Assembly (NCBI GenBank): GCA_028023455.1
Contig: JAQFVV010000007.1
Coordinates: forward strand, 17,484,001 to 17,548,000
Direction of reading: 5' to 3'
DNA length: 64,000 nt
DNA from: Epiperipatus broadwayi
Taxonomy: Eukaryota > Animalia > Onychophora
The notes below the pieces were generated by a model. That model saw nothing but the letters and a program-made list of their open reading frames with translations, was not told where the DNA came from and did no database searches. This document shows positions 12,077 through 26,159 of this stretch, in pieces. The first letter of the stretch is position 1. Each line of letters opens with the position of its first letter. A program made the position numbers and the translations under genes.

Positions 12077-15000
12077 GAATAGGTATTATAGGATATGGTT
12101 TTTGGAAGGAAAATCGAGTCAAACTATTGATAAAATGAAGAGAAGTATATGCAAGATGGCTAAAGAATGAGCTAAAGATATTAAAGCATAAAAATGAAAT
12201 AGTCCAGATATTAGTGAAAGAGTTGAAAAGAGAACCATATTAGATAAGAACTAGTAAAGAAATATAGTAATCGAATAGCTTGTTACTCAAAATAACAATA
12301 TTTGAGCACTACAATGGATATGCAAAAATACTATAAAAGAAGATATTTTAGTAATGTTTGGTAAATGTAATATCAATAATGGTAGCATACAGGGATGGGT
12401 TACTTATTCCAGCTTGCATATGTTTTCAGAAAATGTATAATAAAACAGTCTACAATAGAATGTATTCATTTTTATTTTTTTAAATATGTCCTAAAAGTAT
12501 ATGTCACTTATAATTCCTATGGCTAAAATTTCTACTCATGATGATATCATTTCAAGCATGGAATAATACAATTCTTTGATAAAATGTTTCAATTGTTTAT
12601 TATCTTTGGTAGTAAGCTAACAATCTCACATAGAAGAGGGCCAGTCTACATTTGCAGTGATTTCTAAGCCAAGTATTCAAAACCTCAGTAATTGTGTTTC
12701 TTTGAAGACACACATTGCACATTGACTATTATAGTATATAGTTTCTATGCAAGTGTTTAAATATTGAAATTGTAATAACTCTGAATGCTTTGTAGGTTGT
12801 AACAATTAATAATTTTATATTATTTCTACTTTCTTTTATTTTGAGTCCCTAAGCATTATGGCTCTCATACTACAGATTATATGAATATATAGATTTTGTG
12901 TGAGATATTGATGTAATATTATGGGAGAGTAGCACTAATAGTTTATTTCCTGAATGGAAAATATGAGTTGGTAAACTATGCCCATTTAATATGGTATTAG
13001 ATTCTTACATAAACATTGCATCAAATAATTTATAGATGTGTGTGGGGGAAGGGAGAGTTATGATATATTTTTCTTGAAATAGATATTGCCTTGCATGTTT
13101 TAATGCAGTGGTAAGATAGCAGAGTCAAGATCTAAATGTTTTTGAATTGATTCTCAGTTGAAAAAATAAAAACCACTTATTAATTGCGTGTTTAATGTCT
13201 GATGCTTAAACATCATGACCTCTAGCGTAACTGATATTTATCAGAAGCAGGAAGTAGAATGTTAATTCAAAAAAATATTGATAGAGGTTGGATTAGAATA
13301 AATTTAGATGAGGTTGAAAATGAGTTTGTGCGATGATAGAAACGTTTGCCTTTTGGGATGGATTTTAATACGGAAGTAGTAAGTATTGGTTGCGGCAGGA
13401 TGAGAAAAGTCATGATAGAATATTAACTATAGTGATGGAAAATTTACAAGAACTATTGGGATTAGGTAATGAAAGTAGAAAAACTAAGACCATTATATGG
13501 CTAAAAAGGTGAGAATACATGATGAGAAGATATATACAAATAAATTAAATATTCCAGGAAGTTTTGATGGAGGGTTTAGATAGGCCATAAAATAATAGGA
13601 TGGAAAAATTCATTGGAAGTAGTAGATAACTTTGTGTAAGACATTTTAAAAGTAGGAATATTTTTTAAGAGATAATGAAGAGCTCAACATGGAGGATTAT
13701 TTTTATAAATGTCTCAAAAATAATACATTTAATAGAAAAGGAAATGAAATTTGCATTCTAGAAATTAGAGAACCACTCAAATCTTGATCATGTTGAGATC
13801 AAGTTTTCAGAATGTAATGATACCATATGCCAGGATTGTTTATTGCTACTGACCAAAGGAAATATTGTTTTAGAAAAGGTCATTTAAAATTTGGGGATGG
13901 GCTGTATTAATAGAGAACTTAAATGGTATTAATCAGAGCAAGAATAGTAAAATTGGAAAAAATTTGGAAATTAAGATAAAGAACCTTAATTAGGATATGA
14001 ATTACCCTGCTAATAGAACAGTCATCTTCAGAGCTTCTGTTTGCTGCAAACTTCACCTAGTTTGCAGCTAATAGCTGCTAGATAATCACAACTGTAAAAA
14101 AATAAAATTATTTAGAGAAAATAATGTTTGCATTGTATAAAGTATAAAAAGAAAAGATGTTATCTGCTGTTGTCATGACTACCATTAATTATTTCCAACA
14201 TCATTTATAGTGTTGCTATCTACCACAAATAGTAAAAACTACGGTAATGCCATCATCAAATGTAATTAATTAAAGGTAATACTAATATTGCTTCATAGTT
14301 AAAGAAAATATTGACAACAATAAATTAATACATTTTCGGGACTGAGCATGTTGTAAACAACAATTGTGTTGCATTGAAAATACTTAAAGATTATATTTAA
14401 TGTTTTCCAATATTTTTTCCCTATATGAGGAAGTATTATTTTTACTTTTAACTTATAATGACTTTAATCAACACATAAATAATTTTATGGCTTGTCAAAT
14501 ATGTAAGACAGAATATAAATCTATTTACAGAACAAACAGATCCAGAGACATTACTATGACCGTTCATAAGCTAGATTCTGAAAGAATAATTTAAATGAAC
14601 TTATATATAATCTTCGCCTTTTGATGCATCAATCGTTGTCTTTGATATTACAAAGTATGATATATCAAAAGGTGGATATTATTTACAAGATCATTTTAAT
14701 GATTCTTTGGGAATGTATCTTGTGAATTATTTTAGTAATGTGTCCAAACTTTTTTGTTCTATGAACGTTATTTTTCACTTAATATAGATATTAAGGACAT
14801 TTAAAATTGTAGACAAACAAAATAGAAGAAAGCTGGTAAGCTAGAATTAAAATAGAGATGAAAAGAATGTAGATTCTCATTTTGAAAATTGTTTAAGAAG
14901 GAAAATAAAACAGTATAAAGTTACTATATGTAAAGTAAGTTTAATAAACAGATTTAAAATAAGACAACAGCTAGCTGTTTTCAAATTTTTTACCAATACA

Positions 15001-15499
15001 CCCTTCAGTAGATAAATTGTTTTGGAATTATCAAACTTTCATGCTAACTATAAGCTATCTTATGTAACATTTTATATAATTCAGCAATGAAGCTAAAATT
15101 GCTGAGTTATGTAAGGACTACTGAGGATTAAACATCCTTTTAATTATTAAAAATAATAGAATGATCTATTGGTCGAGAGTTCATATGAAGATTGAGCACA
15201 GGAAGTGCCAGCGGTGGAATTGATTCAAGGACTTCGTACACCATTTTGACATTCTAAGACTGCTGAATCATGCGAGCTTTCTAATTATTTAATTGTGGGG
15301 AATAAACTAATGAGTGGTCTGTTTACTGATGAACAAAAAGTTCTTTGATCAGTTTCTAACGATAAAAATCTTAGGTTGAGATAAAATCATTTTCCAATTA
15401 ATTTATATAAACTTTTTGTGATGGACTTGTTTTCTTATGAAAAATATTTAATCTTCAGTTTTTCCATACTTCTGTGAATCAATGCTCTTCCTCCTATCA

Positions 15500-16220
15500 C
15501 ATCTTACAAAACATTATGACTAATGACTTCACTGCCTTACACAATTTAAATCATTTTAAACATGTCGATAGCAGCTTTATCCAATTTAAAACAAAATTTA
15601 AATGTTTGTGATCACCATTTTCTATGCTTACACAAACTGTTACAACAATAAACTCTCCATACAGGAGTGCAAGCCAGAGTAATCAATGGATCCAAGAACC
15701 AAAGACACCAAGATATATAGATATTGAACTCTTCAATTCTACATGAATATACCAGCAAACGAACTTGGATTGAAAATATTGTGTTTATTTTGGTCTCTGC
15801 TTTATAATTAACAAAAAAAGTGGCTGATTAAGGTCTGCATTAGATCCAACGATCTAGGGGCAGTGATCTCAGATATAAGGTTCCTTACTAATAAAAGCCA
15901 CAAGCTAGAAACTAACCTGGGGATATTGAATGAGTAGGCACTTGATAAGGATTTCATGTGCAAATCTTGTATCTATTGATTACTATGATTTACATTAGGT
16001 TGCACTAGTGTATGAAGAGTTTACTGTTTTAATAAAATTGAAATATCAATCCATTGTTCCATCATAGATTAACATACAAAACACCTTTAGTGTCATATTT
16101 CAGATATGCTAGTACATTAAAATTTTTGTGGTGAATAACTAAGCCATATTGCTAAGTAACACATGCATAGATTCAGAGATGGTATAGCAGGCAACTTGGA
16201 GAATCATCTCTTCATTGGTT
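15500..16220 (+). repeat. Old unclassified dispersed repeat, family F, interrupted by a family A insertion (other copies ~17760-18090, ~25590-25890, ~27000-27340)
   Basis: Shared degenerate blocks such as CAC(A)ATTT(A/G)AAT(C/T)ATTT, CCAATTTAAAACAAA, CAGATATGCTA, ACACATGCAT and AACTTGGAGA, in the same order and orientation. Confidence 0.55.
15612..16030 (+). mobile_element. Family A hammerhead repeat, degenerate (short inverted piece plus ~340-bp plus copy)
   Basis: TTCCTTA-CTAATAA-A-AGC-CACAA-GCT-A-GAAA-CTAA-CC-TGGGGA at ~15881-15923; flanks homologous to 3411-3918. Confidence 0.75.
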
Positions 16221-16391
16221 CATAGAGTATTAAAATACTTCTGGTTTAAAGGTAGATCAGATAAAGATACTATTTCTAATTGATATATCAGTTTGTAATT
16301 GTTGGTTTTAATTTATTGTTGCCTAAAGACATCATAATTAAAATGTATCTAGGTAAGTACATATTTTTATTATTTGCACACACACATCCTT

Positions 16392-16870
16392 CTTCATCTG
16401 GCTGATAAATTAATTTCACGCTGAATTACCAACCATTTTGACAAAAATATGCTTATAAATATCAGAGTACCTAAAAATAGGTGGATTCATTCTATTCTTA
16501 ATCCTTTGAGCAACATGTAGAGTGCTTTTAATTTGTAGCCTGGGGAGGGGATTTACTTTCTCTGCTAACATCATTGAGCTATGTTTAATTCAAAGTTTAT
16601 ATGTTAAATCTGTTTAATTATTCAAAATAAGTTGTTAAAAATGAGATTCTCTAGCTTTGTATTGTTATTTGAGTTTAATAACTTAAGTCCCATATTCCAT
16701 CTGGCTGATAAATTTATTTTATTCTAAATGGCCAACAATGTTGACAAAGGTATGCTTATAAACGTCAGAGCTCCAAGAATTGGTGGATTCATTCTATTCT
16801 TGGTCCTTTGCATAACATTTAGAGTTCTTTTAATTCATAGAATGGAGAGTGATTTACTCCCTTTGTTTAT
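16392..16870. repeat. Degenerate tandem duplication, period ~300 bp
   Basis: CATCTGGCTGATAAAT...TATGCTTATAAA...GGTGGATTCATTCTATTCTT...GATTTACT at ~16396 and ~16698. Confidence 0.75.
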
Positions 16871-17759
16871 ATATATATGAAACAGGAATACCAACTTAAA
16901 TGGATACATAAAAGATCTATGTAATACAGGTCATAGCAAAAACTTTCTGACATGTTATTAAACAATTCTGCAGAAATATAAAATGAACTTTAGAACTGCA
17001 GGTTGAAAATAAGCCATGGGTTAGCATGCCTTATATTTTGAGATTAATAAACAAAAAATAAGTGTGAGCCAACTTTCAAAGTTAGTTTTCATACCCCCCC
17101 CCTAATTTTAATAGGTTGGTTAACAATACAAAAGGAGAATGCATTACAGGAAGTATATGAGATTCCACGACAACCCAGGTTGCACAGCTGTACATTAAAG
17201 CAATTAGAGCTTAGATCTTAATTATTGCAGTATAATATAGATTGTTAAAAAACAGGGATATGTCTTTTGGGGACCACAAAAACAATTTGATCCTAGCTTT
17301 GATTAATGAGCAGTTCAGTATGTATGGAATGTGATGACAGAAATAAAGTCAACAAGGCATGATTTATTGCCAACCACAGAAATGTAATAGAAGACAAACA
17401 TTGTTTAATTATCTAACAAATGGAATAATTAAATGGATGCCTTTAAATAAAAATGCATGTATCATCACCTTACAGTATAAATACAGCAGCAACAATAATT
17501 AATTTAAGAGAGTTATGATTATGGTAAACTCCAAAAATGAACCCAGCTTTAGGCTATAATGAACAATGTATACAAATTTATATGTCCTAGTGAAAAGGTG
17601 ACTAATTCCCTCTCCAACTGTCTGCAACATCAATCAATGCAGCTAAGTCAGATAACAGTTTAGCTATTCACAAAAATATTAAGACAAAAGCATGTTTGGT
17701 TCACAAATTACAATATGAATTATGATAGTGTTTCATTCTTTTATTAACCATCTTCAATC

Positions 17760-18090
17760 TGAATTCCTGACATAACACAGTCTTGCCAAACACCTAAAAA
17801 ATATTTTTGTGACATGGATTAATTGCCAAACACAGTTTGAATGATTTCAATGGACATTTTTAACCAGTTTGAAACAAAATGCATGTTGTTTCATCATGGA
17901 ATTAATTAAGGTACAAAACCCACAGACATTTTATTTTATGACTTCTGATCCAGATATGCTAACACTTTAAAACATTTGTTATGAATAACTAAACTACATC
18001 TCTATTAACACATGCCATTGATTTGAAGATGTACTGCAGGAAGTTTGGAGAGAGGATCAGTCATCTTTTCGTTGGGATACACTGTGCATA
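17760..18090 (+). repeat. Family F dispersed repeat copy
   Basis: Homologous blocks to 15.5-16.2, 25.6 and 27.0 kb. Confidence 0.55.
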
Positions 18091-18302
18091 TACAATAAGC
18101 TGCAGCTCAAAACAAGTTATCCCCCAATGTAAATATTGTAGATAGTGAAAGCTAATATTAAAATGAATTATTTTAAACTAGTGAAAATTACTTTATACCT
18201 TAAAATTATGAATTATTTATCTGTTTAGATACTAAAGAAAGGTAGATTTAATATGCATAAGGAAGAAGATAAACTTATGAAACAATATTTGGTATTTTAT
18301 CT

Positions 18303-18558
18303 GTGCATCATTCATCTTTAGTGCAATCCTACCATAACATCTGTCCAGAAGTCAGACCAATGACCACATTATGGATATGTTAGGAACATATACTTTTTCA
18401 AGTAAACCATATAACACATTACAATTTAACTTCCCACATTATTTTTAGAAATATTTAAACTTCATATGTTACTTATGTATCCAAAATGTGGGAGTTTGGT
18501 CTGATTTTAGGTCTGACAGATGTTTGTGGTAAGTTTGAGCTAAAGATGAATAATGCAC
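18303..18558. repeat. Imperfect ~80-bp inverted repeat (foldback/MITE-like)
   Basis: GTGCATCATTCATCTTTAG..CATCTGTC..TCAGACCAA..CCACATTATGGATA is mirrored at 18476-18558. Confidence 0.65.
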
Positions 18559-18985
18559 TGCAAAAACAAAAATTTACAATGCATATCATAAACAATGATT
18601 GCACATCCCTTCACAATGTATTTTAAAAAGTGGATAAAAATTTGTCCCTACCTTGCTTGGAAGTGGTGTAGTAAAAGTTTGGGTGTATTGATAAATGAAA
18701 CAATATTTAGATAAATATTAATAAAATGGCTTTATTTCTTGGAGTTCATAAAAAGTTCATGGACAGAAAGTGTCAGAAATGGAATCAGTTCAAAGAATTT
18801 CTGTGCCAGAATCTGTAATCTACCCTTGCACTGAGCCACATCGGGCAAGATGCAATTGACTAGCTTGATTGCTCAATAGTCAATAAGAATTTGGAGCACA
18901 GGAAATGCAGAATTGGAATAAATCAGGACTTTATGCTCCAGTGTCTGTTACTCTCACAAGGCATTATGGGGCTCTAAAATTATTA

Positions 18986-19037
18986 TGGCATTATAATAAC
19001 TGCACTTTATATGGCATTATAATAACTGCACTTTATA
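18986..19037. repeat. Exact 26-bp tandem duplication
   Basis: TGGCATTATAATAACTGCACTTTATA x2. Confidence 0.9.
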
Positions 19038-19619
19038 GAATTGAAGTTGTTTTGTTTTGACTTTTTTTTATCCAGAATAATGAAGAGTAAGAAGGCTATA
19101 TAAGAAATGGAGTGGTACTGGTAATCCAATATTATTTCTGTTTTAAACCTCATTCTATGTTCTTTATTGTCTTTCTAGTTTAAAACACTGTAGTAGAATG
19201 GATAATGATTCCTGGACTAATTCTCAATTTGCCAATTGAATAAAACTGTTTTGTTCAGCCTGACATTTGGTGCATTAATGTCACTCAACATCCTAAACAA
19301 CATCATAAGGTAATCATTTCATTCGTTATTGTATCAAGTTTAACAATAAGCCGTAATATTAACTGTTCTTTGTAGAGGTGACTGTCTTATCCTATTAATT
19401 TTTTACATTCCCAAATGGAAAATGTAGTAAGCAAGTGATGTTTTTTTTCATCCAGAACTATTATAACCACATGATTTATAAATGATCAACCTGGATTTGA
19501 TATCATTATATTCATATTTTCTTAGTGAACTATTTTGTTTTAAAGAATGTTTATAAAACTATAAAAGATGATAACTTTTAGAGTAACATATATGAATAAA
19601 AACATAATTTCATCAATCA

Positions 19620-19900
19620 TCAGTGATCTACAATAAAAAGGACTCAAGTTTAATCCAGTTTATCCCATCCACAGCTTTTCACATCATAGTAACAAACTTC
19701 CTTATTTGATCAATTCATCTCCTAAGTGGTTTTTTGTACATCTTTTGCAATCTCTTGAGATCCAATTTAAGACTTTGACTATCTAGCTTTTATCATCTCT
19801 TCTAGAAATATGTCTAGCCCAGCTCCAGTTTAGTCTCATAATTCTTTTGATATCAATGACATATGTTGGTTTTCTCACTTAAATATTTCACTTGTAATCC
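19620..19900 (-). mobile_element. RTE LINE 3' fragment
   Basis: The minus strand resembles the RTE KWxWAGHIxRRxD...W.PR..KR segment and shares CAAGAGATTG(C/T)AAAAGA with the element at 1-510. Confidence 0.6.
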
Positions 19901-20211
19901 CTTCTTGTTACTTCCACACTTCATTGGGTGATCTGAAATTCCAAGTCTCAGGTCCATTAGTAAGAACTTGTAAAGCACCCAGCTATAATGTAATTTTCTT
20001 AAATTATTCAATTAATATATTTAAGCCATGTAATATGGTATTAGAAGCATGTTAGGCTTTTCAAATTTACTCTAAAAAATTATATAATATCTAGTGTATG
20101 TCTGATTTCTTGTATTATTTGTGCTTAAAATTAATTTCTATTTCATTAGTAGAAGCTTCAAATTTATCTAAGGTTTTACCTTTGGTGGGAAGGGTTAAAT
20201 TACTGATATCA

Positions 20212-20530
20212 TAAGAGTATCAAACTCTATACAGTAGTGCCACCAAGTACAAGGTTTTGTAATGCTAGTTTCTAGCTTGTAGCTTTTATTAGTGAAGAGC
20301 CTTGAATTTGAGAGCACTGCACTTAGATTTTAGGGTCCAATGCAATCCTCCAGCAATCACCTTTTACATATTTGATTAACTATGAAGCTAGAAGCCCAAG
20401 ATGAAAGTCATAGACTAGAAACTAGTCTGGGGATGTTGGAAGATAGGGATTTTATGCACAAACCTTCCTGCATCCATTGGTTATAAAAGCTTGCACTTGG
20501 TGGCACTACTGTATGGAGGGTTTGGTACTC
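20212..20530. mobile_element. Family A hammerhead repeat, inverted arrangement (minus 20222-20395, plus 20398-20525)
   Basis: Plus copy GATGA-A-AGTC-ATA-GACT-A-GAAA-CTAG-TC-TGGGGA; mirrored degenerate minus copy. Confidence 0.75.
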
Positions 20531-20698
20531 TTATTAACACAATGTGTAAACATATAAAATGGTAATCCTGTAATGTATTGATACCATGTTAAAATAGTTT
20601 AGAGAGTGATTAGCATAATTTTTGCTATCAAGATAATCCAAAAAAGCCAAGTCATATATAATGTAACATTACTTTTATAAGCTTGTATTTACAAAAAT

Positions 20699-21170
20699 GC
20701 AATATAGGGTGCGTACCAATAGCTCAAACAAGCTCTTAATTAATAAGTGACATATGAGAAAATATTTAAAATCTCTATCCAGAACACTCCCATCTCCAGA
20801 CCAACTGTTTTTGAGCTTATGGCTCATGTCAGTGGAGAGCTAGAATATTTGAACACTAGATCTAAAATATCAACTCAAAACTCAGCACTTATTTCATATG
20901 TATATTTAAGTAGAAACTCTGAAATTTTTGGATATGAAAATGTCTTTAAATCCAGCTATCTAACTTAAATAGCTACATGGGACTGAACTAAATTCAGATC
21001 TACCATATTTTAATAGCCTCAGCATAGCCAAAGCCTTAAAGGTAAAATTATAATAATCAAAAAAAGCAGTTGGTCTGGAGAGGAGAGTGGATAGAGATTT
21101 TAAATAGTTTCTCATACCGCAGTTATTAATTAAGAGCTTATTTGAGCTATTGGTACACTCTGTATTGCAT
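20699..21170. mobile_element. Family C repeat (distant relative of A/B) with ~110-bp terminal inverted arms and a degenerate hammerhead
   Basis: 20699-20810 mirrors 21061-21170. Minus strand 20838-20793 reads TCTCCA-CTGACA-TGAGC-CATAA-GCTCA-AAAA-CAGTTGG-TC-TGGAGA. Confidence 0.7.
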
Positions 21171-22099
21171 TGCTATCAAGATATACATATTTGTATAAGG
21201 TATTTTGATTGATTCCAATTTTGACAATTCTAACATTTGTTTAAATTCCTGAGTAATAAAGTCATTTGATTATTTTATTTTATTTATTTATCAAAATGAC
21301 TCGTGACTCTTTCTGCTTATATTCATTATATACAATAAATTATACAGAGTGGTTCTTTTCACTATTCCAATGTCAATTATTGATTTTTAATAATTATGAA
21401 TAACCAGTTATAGTGCTATTATATCCATATCTCTAGAGATTTAGACCTTCAATCTGATTATCATTGACAGCTCTAACTTTTATCTGTTTTTGGAGTAATG
21501 AAAAGTTCTCTAGCAACTTATGAAGATATTTTACTACTTGCTGTCTCAAAAATCTTACTCTGATTTTTTCATTGACTATCCCACTTTTTTTTTAGTACGC
21601 AATATTGGGTACCCCCCCCCCCGTAACATTTCAATACAATAGCTTCTTTTTATAGATTTCATTTAACCTACCCTGTCTGTCCATATGATAAAATCTTGTA
21701 ACTCAATTTTTATCCTTTTTCCAAAACAAAATTGAAATAGACAACTCATTATAAATAAATCTATTATTTAATACATCAATCTGGCTTTCATTCCATAATG
21801 GAACCTTTTCAATATGTTCCTTTTTACACAATCACATGACCAATTACCCTACAGTAATTGTTAGATTATTGGAAACTTTAAAGTTATAATTGTTTTTTGT
21901 TTAGATTATTTGTAAATATATACATTTATTGGGGGTGGTGGATTGTAATAAGTTTAATCACTTTATATACATATGCATTTTACTAATTATATTGGATGTA
22001 TATATTTTAATAATTATATTTATTGTAATGTATAATGTCCATGGGGGGGGGGGGCTGCAGTAGGATAATTGATTTTTTTATGCGATTAATCATCTGAGA

Positions 22100-23530
22100 T
22101 CATCGATACAAAAGATTGTTTGCTTGTTGTATGAAAATGGAGAGTAAACTATGATCAAGAGAGATAGATATAATTGAATTTGGAAAGATCAGGAATTGTT
22201 AATGTTTAGAAAGTGTTTCGTTTGCCATTTTAAATATAGAAGTAAAAAAAATATTTTGTTCAATGTGTGTTAATGTAAGGATATTTCATAACTAAGTTGT
22301 ATGTAAGATTAGTTGGTTTTTAGTAAGTTTGCTACTAAAGAATTTTTTTACCTTAAGAAAGAGAATGATTTATTTGAGGAAAAAAAAGATAACATTTTGT
22401 AGGCCTATGGTTGGAGCACACTTGGTTATCGATTGATCATCATTGAAAGAAAGTAAAGTTTTTATCTTTTCATGAAAAGGGGTTTAAAGACTAGGAGAGG
22501 AAGTATAAATTCAAATATAGAGTAAGTGACTTGGAAAATAAGAAATATGGATTGCATTTATATTCCACAATGCATATATAATGGTGAGAAAGAAATTAGG
22601 CTTGCTGTGGTAGAGGGTATTGTATGTGAGAGGCTTATCACATGAAATATTTAAATAAGACTAGAAAGGATGTAACAGGTTTATGGTTATATCGACAGTG
22701 TGTAAATATGATAAAAGAGGTGAAAAAGTGGTTTCTAACTGTAGATAGTTTAAAGAGAAAGTCAGGAGAAATGGAGCAAAATGTAATTGAGGAAGAGAGG
22801 ATAGTTTTAGTGGAGTGACATGAGATATAGTTGGAAAAAATAATAAAATGGAGATGGTTAGCCAAATAATAAGATAGAGGAAGAGAGAAAGGATGTAGAA
22901 GCAAAATTAAAATCATTAGAGATGAAGTGTGAGCACATGAAGGAATTATTGATTAGTAAGTTCAAGGAAGAAGTAGATAAGGAAGTTCAGAAGGTGATAG
23001 AGAATGTTATGGATGAAGCAGAGAAAGTAGACTATAAGACAGTATTGATAGGGGATATTAGAGAATGTGGAGATATAATTGCAAGAGAAATTGGAAACAA
23101 GTATGTAAGAGTATGTTTGCCTGAAGCTAGAATTAGGGATGTTACAGATAAAATAAATAAGCAAGGGAGTAGATATATATATATGTTATGGTAGGGACTA
23201 ATAATTTGTCAGAGCCATCAGAGACAGAATAATGTATGACCACATAGAATTGATTAGGAATTTGAGTAAGATTAAAGGAAGAGTAGGAATAGTTGGATTA
23301 TTTCCAAGATTTGACAAGAAATATATGTTAGATAGGACATGTTCTATAAATGAGAGATTGAAAAAATTGTGTGAGAGAAGTGATATCATGTTTGTGGATG
23401 TGTGGGATTTTTTTATTGGAAAAAGAGAGTTATATAGGAAAAATGGATTGCACTTAAAAAAAACAAGGAAGTGAAGTTTTAGGGAGTTTGATTTATAAAG
23501 AATATAGTTCAGGAAGCTTATAAGGGGGGG
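22100..23530 (+). mobile_element. LINE ORF1 remnant with coiled-coil and SGNH/GDSL esterase-like domain (CR1/L2/RTEX type)
   Basis: ORFs 22922-23194 (VLIGD..VCLPEARIRDV) and 23232-23474 (GLFPRFD..NERLKKLC..FVDVWDFF..LYRKNGLHL) match LINE ORF1 esterase motifs. Disrupted. Confidence 0.75.
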
Positions 23531-24959
23531 AGGCGTTAAGTGGCAGAATATGTTTTATACAAATATATAAAATCTAATAATTGAAGTATACAATTAAAAA
23601 AATTTAAATTAAATCATAATTTAATAACAATATATAATTTTTCCAGGTAGACCTTTGAAGATAGGTTATTTAGCAATTGAAACATCAACTTTTCATAATA
23701 AAATGTAAACAGTATTAAAAAATAAGTATAAAGGGAAGGTAATTTGCTTGATATTGAATAAAATGCACTGTTAAATAAAATAAAGGATTGTTTGAATAAT
23801 TTCTGAGAAATGATATAGTAAAATTTCCTAACATGTAGTTGCACAATGATTCAAAAATCCGAAATAACAATCACTATATGCCATTTAAAAGTAAAATCTC
23901 TTAGTTATGATTCAAAGTTATTGATATCCTGTTTTAGCATTTGTATAATCAGAAAATATTTTAAGAGGCAGAAAGTTTGTCAATTAAAAATGTGATGATA
24001 TAATAATTTACATATATGGACCAATTGCATATTTGCACTTAAGGTTTATTATATTTATAGTATTGGAGCAGTTTGTTTGAAAAATTGTGAAAATGATTAT
24101 TTATTAAACTACTTGTAAATATACTATCCAAAAAATGTAAATAAACAACATAGCAGCAAACATTTTTTTCTATCTCAGAACACCATATGCAATCATGTTT
24201 ATAAATAACAGCAGCTTTCATTTCAAAGTGGCAGACTCTGTAGTTCAAACTTCATAGATCCTAGACCAATTCTGTCATTTCTATTTAAAAACCAGGTTGT
24301 TATTAATAAATGTAAAAATATAGCAGGTATATAGCATAAATAAACTTCCATGGATAGCCAACTATTTTCAAATATTATGACAAACTTTCTCAATTAACTG
24401 AGTCAAATGTTTCCACTCATCAACACAAGCAACATATAAATTCAGCTTTACTCAGGACCCTTTTCTTTAATTTTTAGTAATAAATATCGTATCCATATCA
24501 CATCATGATATAGAAATCACATTAATTGTGATTCTTACCAAAATGAATCTATTCAATAAAAATCATTAAAATAAATAATCAAATGTCTTTATTGCTTGGA
24601 AATTATAAGGTATGTGAACACCACACATGCCAGGACCGAAATTGATTCTAAGACTACGGATCTGGAACCTAACATTCTATCACACACCAAAACACACAGG
24701 ACAATAAGTATTATTGAAAATACTTTTTTATGTAATGAATGACAATGATATTTTATGATAATAATAGCAATCTCTGTTATTTCTCTTATTTTTATAAATT
24801 GAAACATTAGAAATCTCCTTAAGGTCAGATGACACATTTTTTACAAGTTAGATCTTTATAATAATAACACAATTTGTATATCTTACATTGAATACTTTAT
24901 AGCAGTATATAAATATATAATCATTAGAAACCAGTTAACACTTAGACAATCCTAATATA

Positions 24960-25230
24960 GATAACAATCTCAAACTGTTGTCAAGGCAACCTCCTTTTAA
25001 CTATATATATAACATAATGTGATATTTCAACTGATTTAACAGTCTTCCTCAGAGCTATTATATAATGATAAATAAAATAAATTTATAAATAATGTAATAA
25101 ATGAATTTTATTGATTACACTAATTATAATATTATTTATATGTTTATTTTATTTATCATTATATCATGGCTTTGAGAAAGACTGCAGCACAGTTGAAATG
25201 TCAGATTGCATGTGTGTGTGTGTATATATA
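24960..25230. repeat. Family D inverted pair with hammerhead-like motifs (25016-25058 minus; 25167-25206 plus)
   Basis: Minus CTGAGGA-A-GACTG-TTAAAT-CAGTT-GAAA-TA-TC; plus TTGAGAA-A-GACTG-CAGCA-CAGTT-GAAA-TG-TC. Confidence 0.65.
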
Positions 25231-25589
25231 TAGATATAATAAATTTCTTTTTTGTTACAAAATGTTTAAAGTAAAATGTACAAATTATATTTATATAAAA
25301 TATTGCAACAAAGTAATGCAAGAAATAGATTTATAAACATTTGTAAATAATAGTTAAATTTTCAGTTACTTAAGAGGTCATATAACATTTAAGTACCAGA
25401 AGAATGTGGCTAGTTCTCTCCCCAAATTTACAGTGGCATCATTCTGAAATCAGATATGTATTTTAATTATTTACAACAAAAGTTTTAAGGTGGTAGCATA
25501 TCTGTATCATAAATTATAATGTGAAAAGTGACTGTTTTTATGGCTTTGATGCTCATCTTCAATGCTGCTTTAGCCATTATATAATTTTA

Positions 25590-25890
25590 CAAAACAATTG
25601 AGAATGTTCTTATGATTCATGATCTCACTCATATGCAGTTTCAATCATTTCAAATATTTCTATGGCAGTTATACACAATATAGAACAATATTTAATGCTA
25701 GTGCATTGTTTCATCATGGGTTACGGTGCAAAATGTACTGCCACATGTTGAAACTCATGAACCAAACATGTTAGCACTTTAAATTTTTATGGTTAATAGC
25801 TAAACTATTATGCTACATCACACATGCATTAAATCAAAGATACGGTAGAAGAGAAAAACAATCATTAGTCCCAGAGTTCATACTCTCACA
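25590..25890 (+). repeat. Family F dispersed repeat copy
   Basis: Homologous blocks GCATTGTTTCAT, CATGTTAGCACTTTAAA, ACACATGCAT. Confidence 0.5.
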
Positions 25891-26159
25891 TCACCAATCA
25901 TTAATCTATTGTCAAGAAAATGCTATGAATAGATAAGAAATAGAATCTGCTTTTTAACTCTGATAAATTTTTTAAATAAATGTGAGTGCAAATCATATCA
26001 TATAAGAGAGTAAAAATAAATGCTGCTGAGACTTTTAAACATGCTTGGGGATAAATTAGCAGAATTTTCATTCCCATCATTATCAGTCAGTCCTTCTTAT
26101 GGTTTATTTAAACAATTTACACATGGGTAGGAAATAAATTTGTATTTATTATCAACCTG

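Noticed and set aside
13290-13990. Possible LINE endonuclease/RT remnant (MDFN, FRKG)
   Set aside because: Motifs are too short and degraded to support a call.
15165-18935. tRNA-like stretches (~15165-15235, ~18865-18935; also ~37390-37440)
   Set aside because: No cloverleaf could be drawn. At most these are decayed SINE heads.
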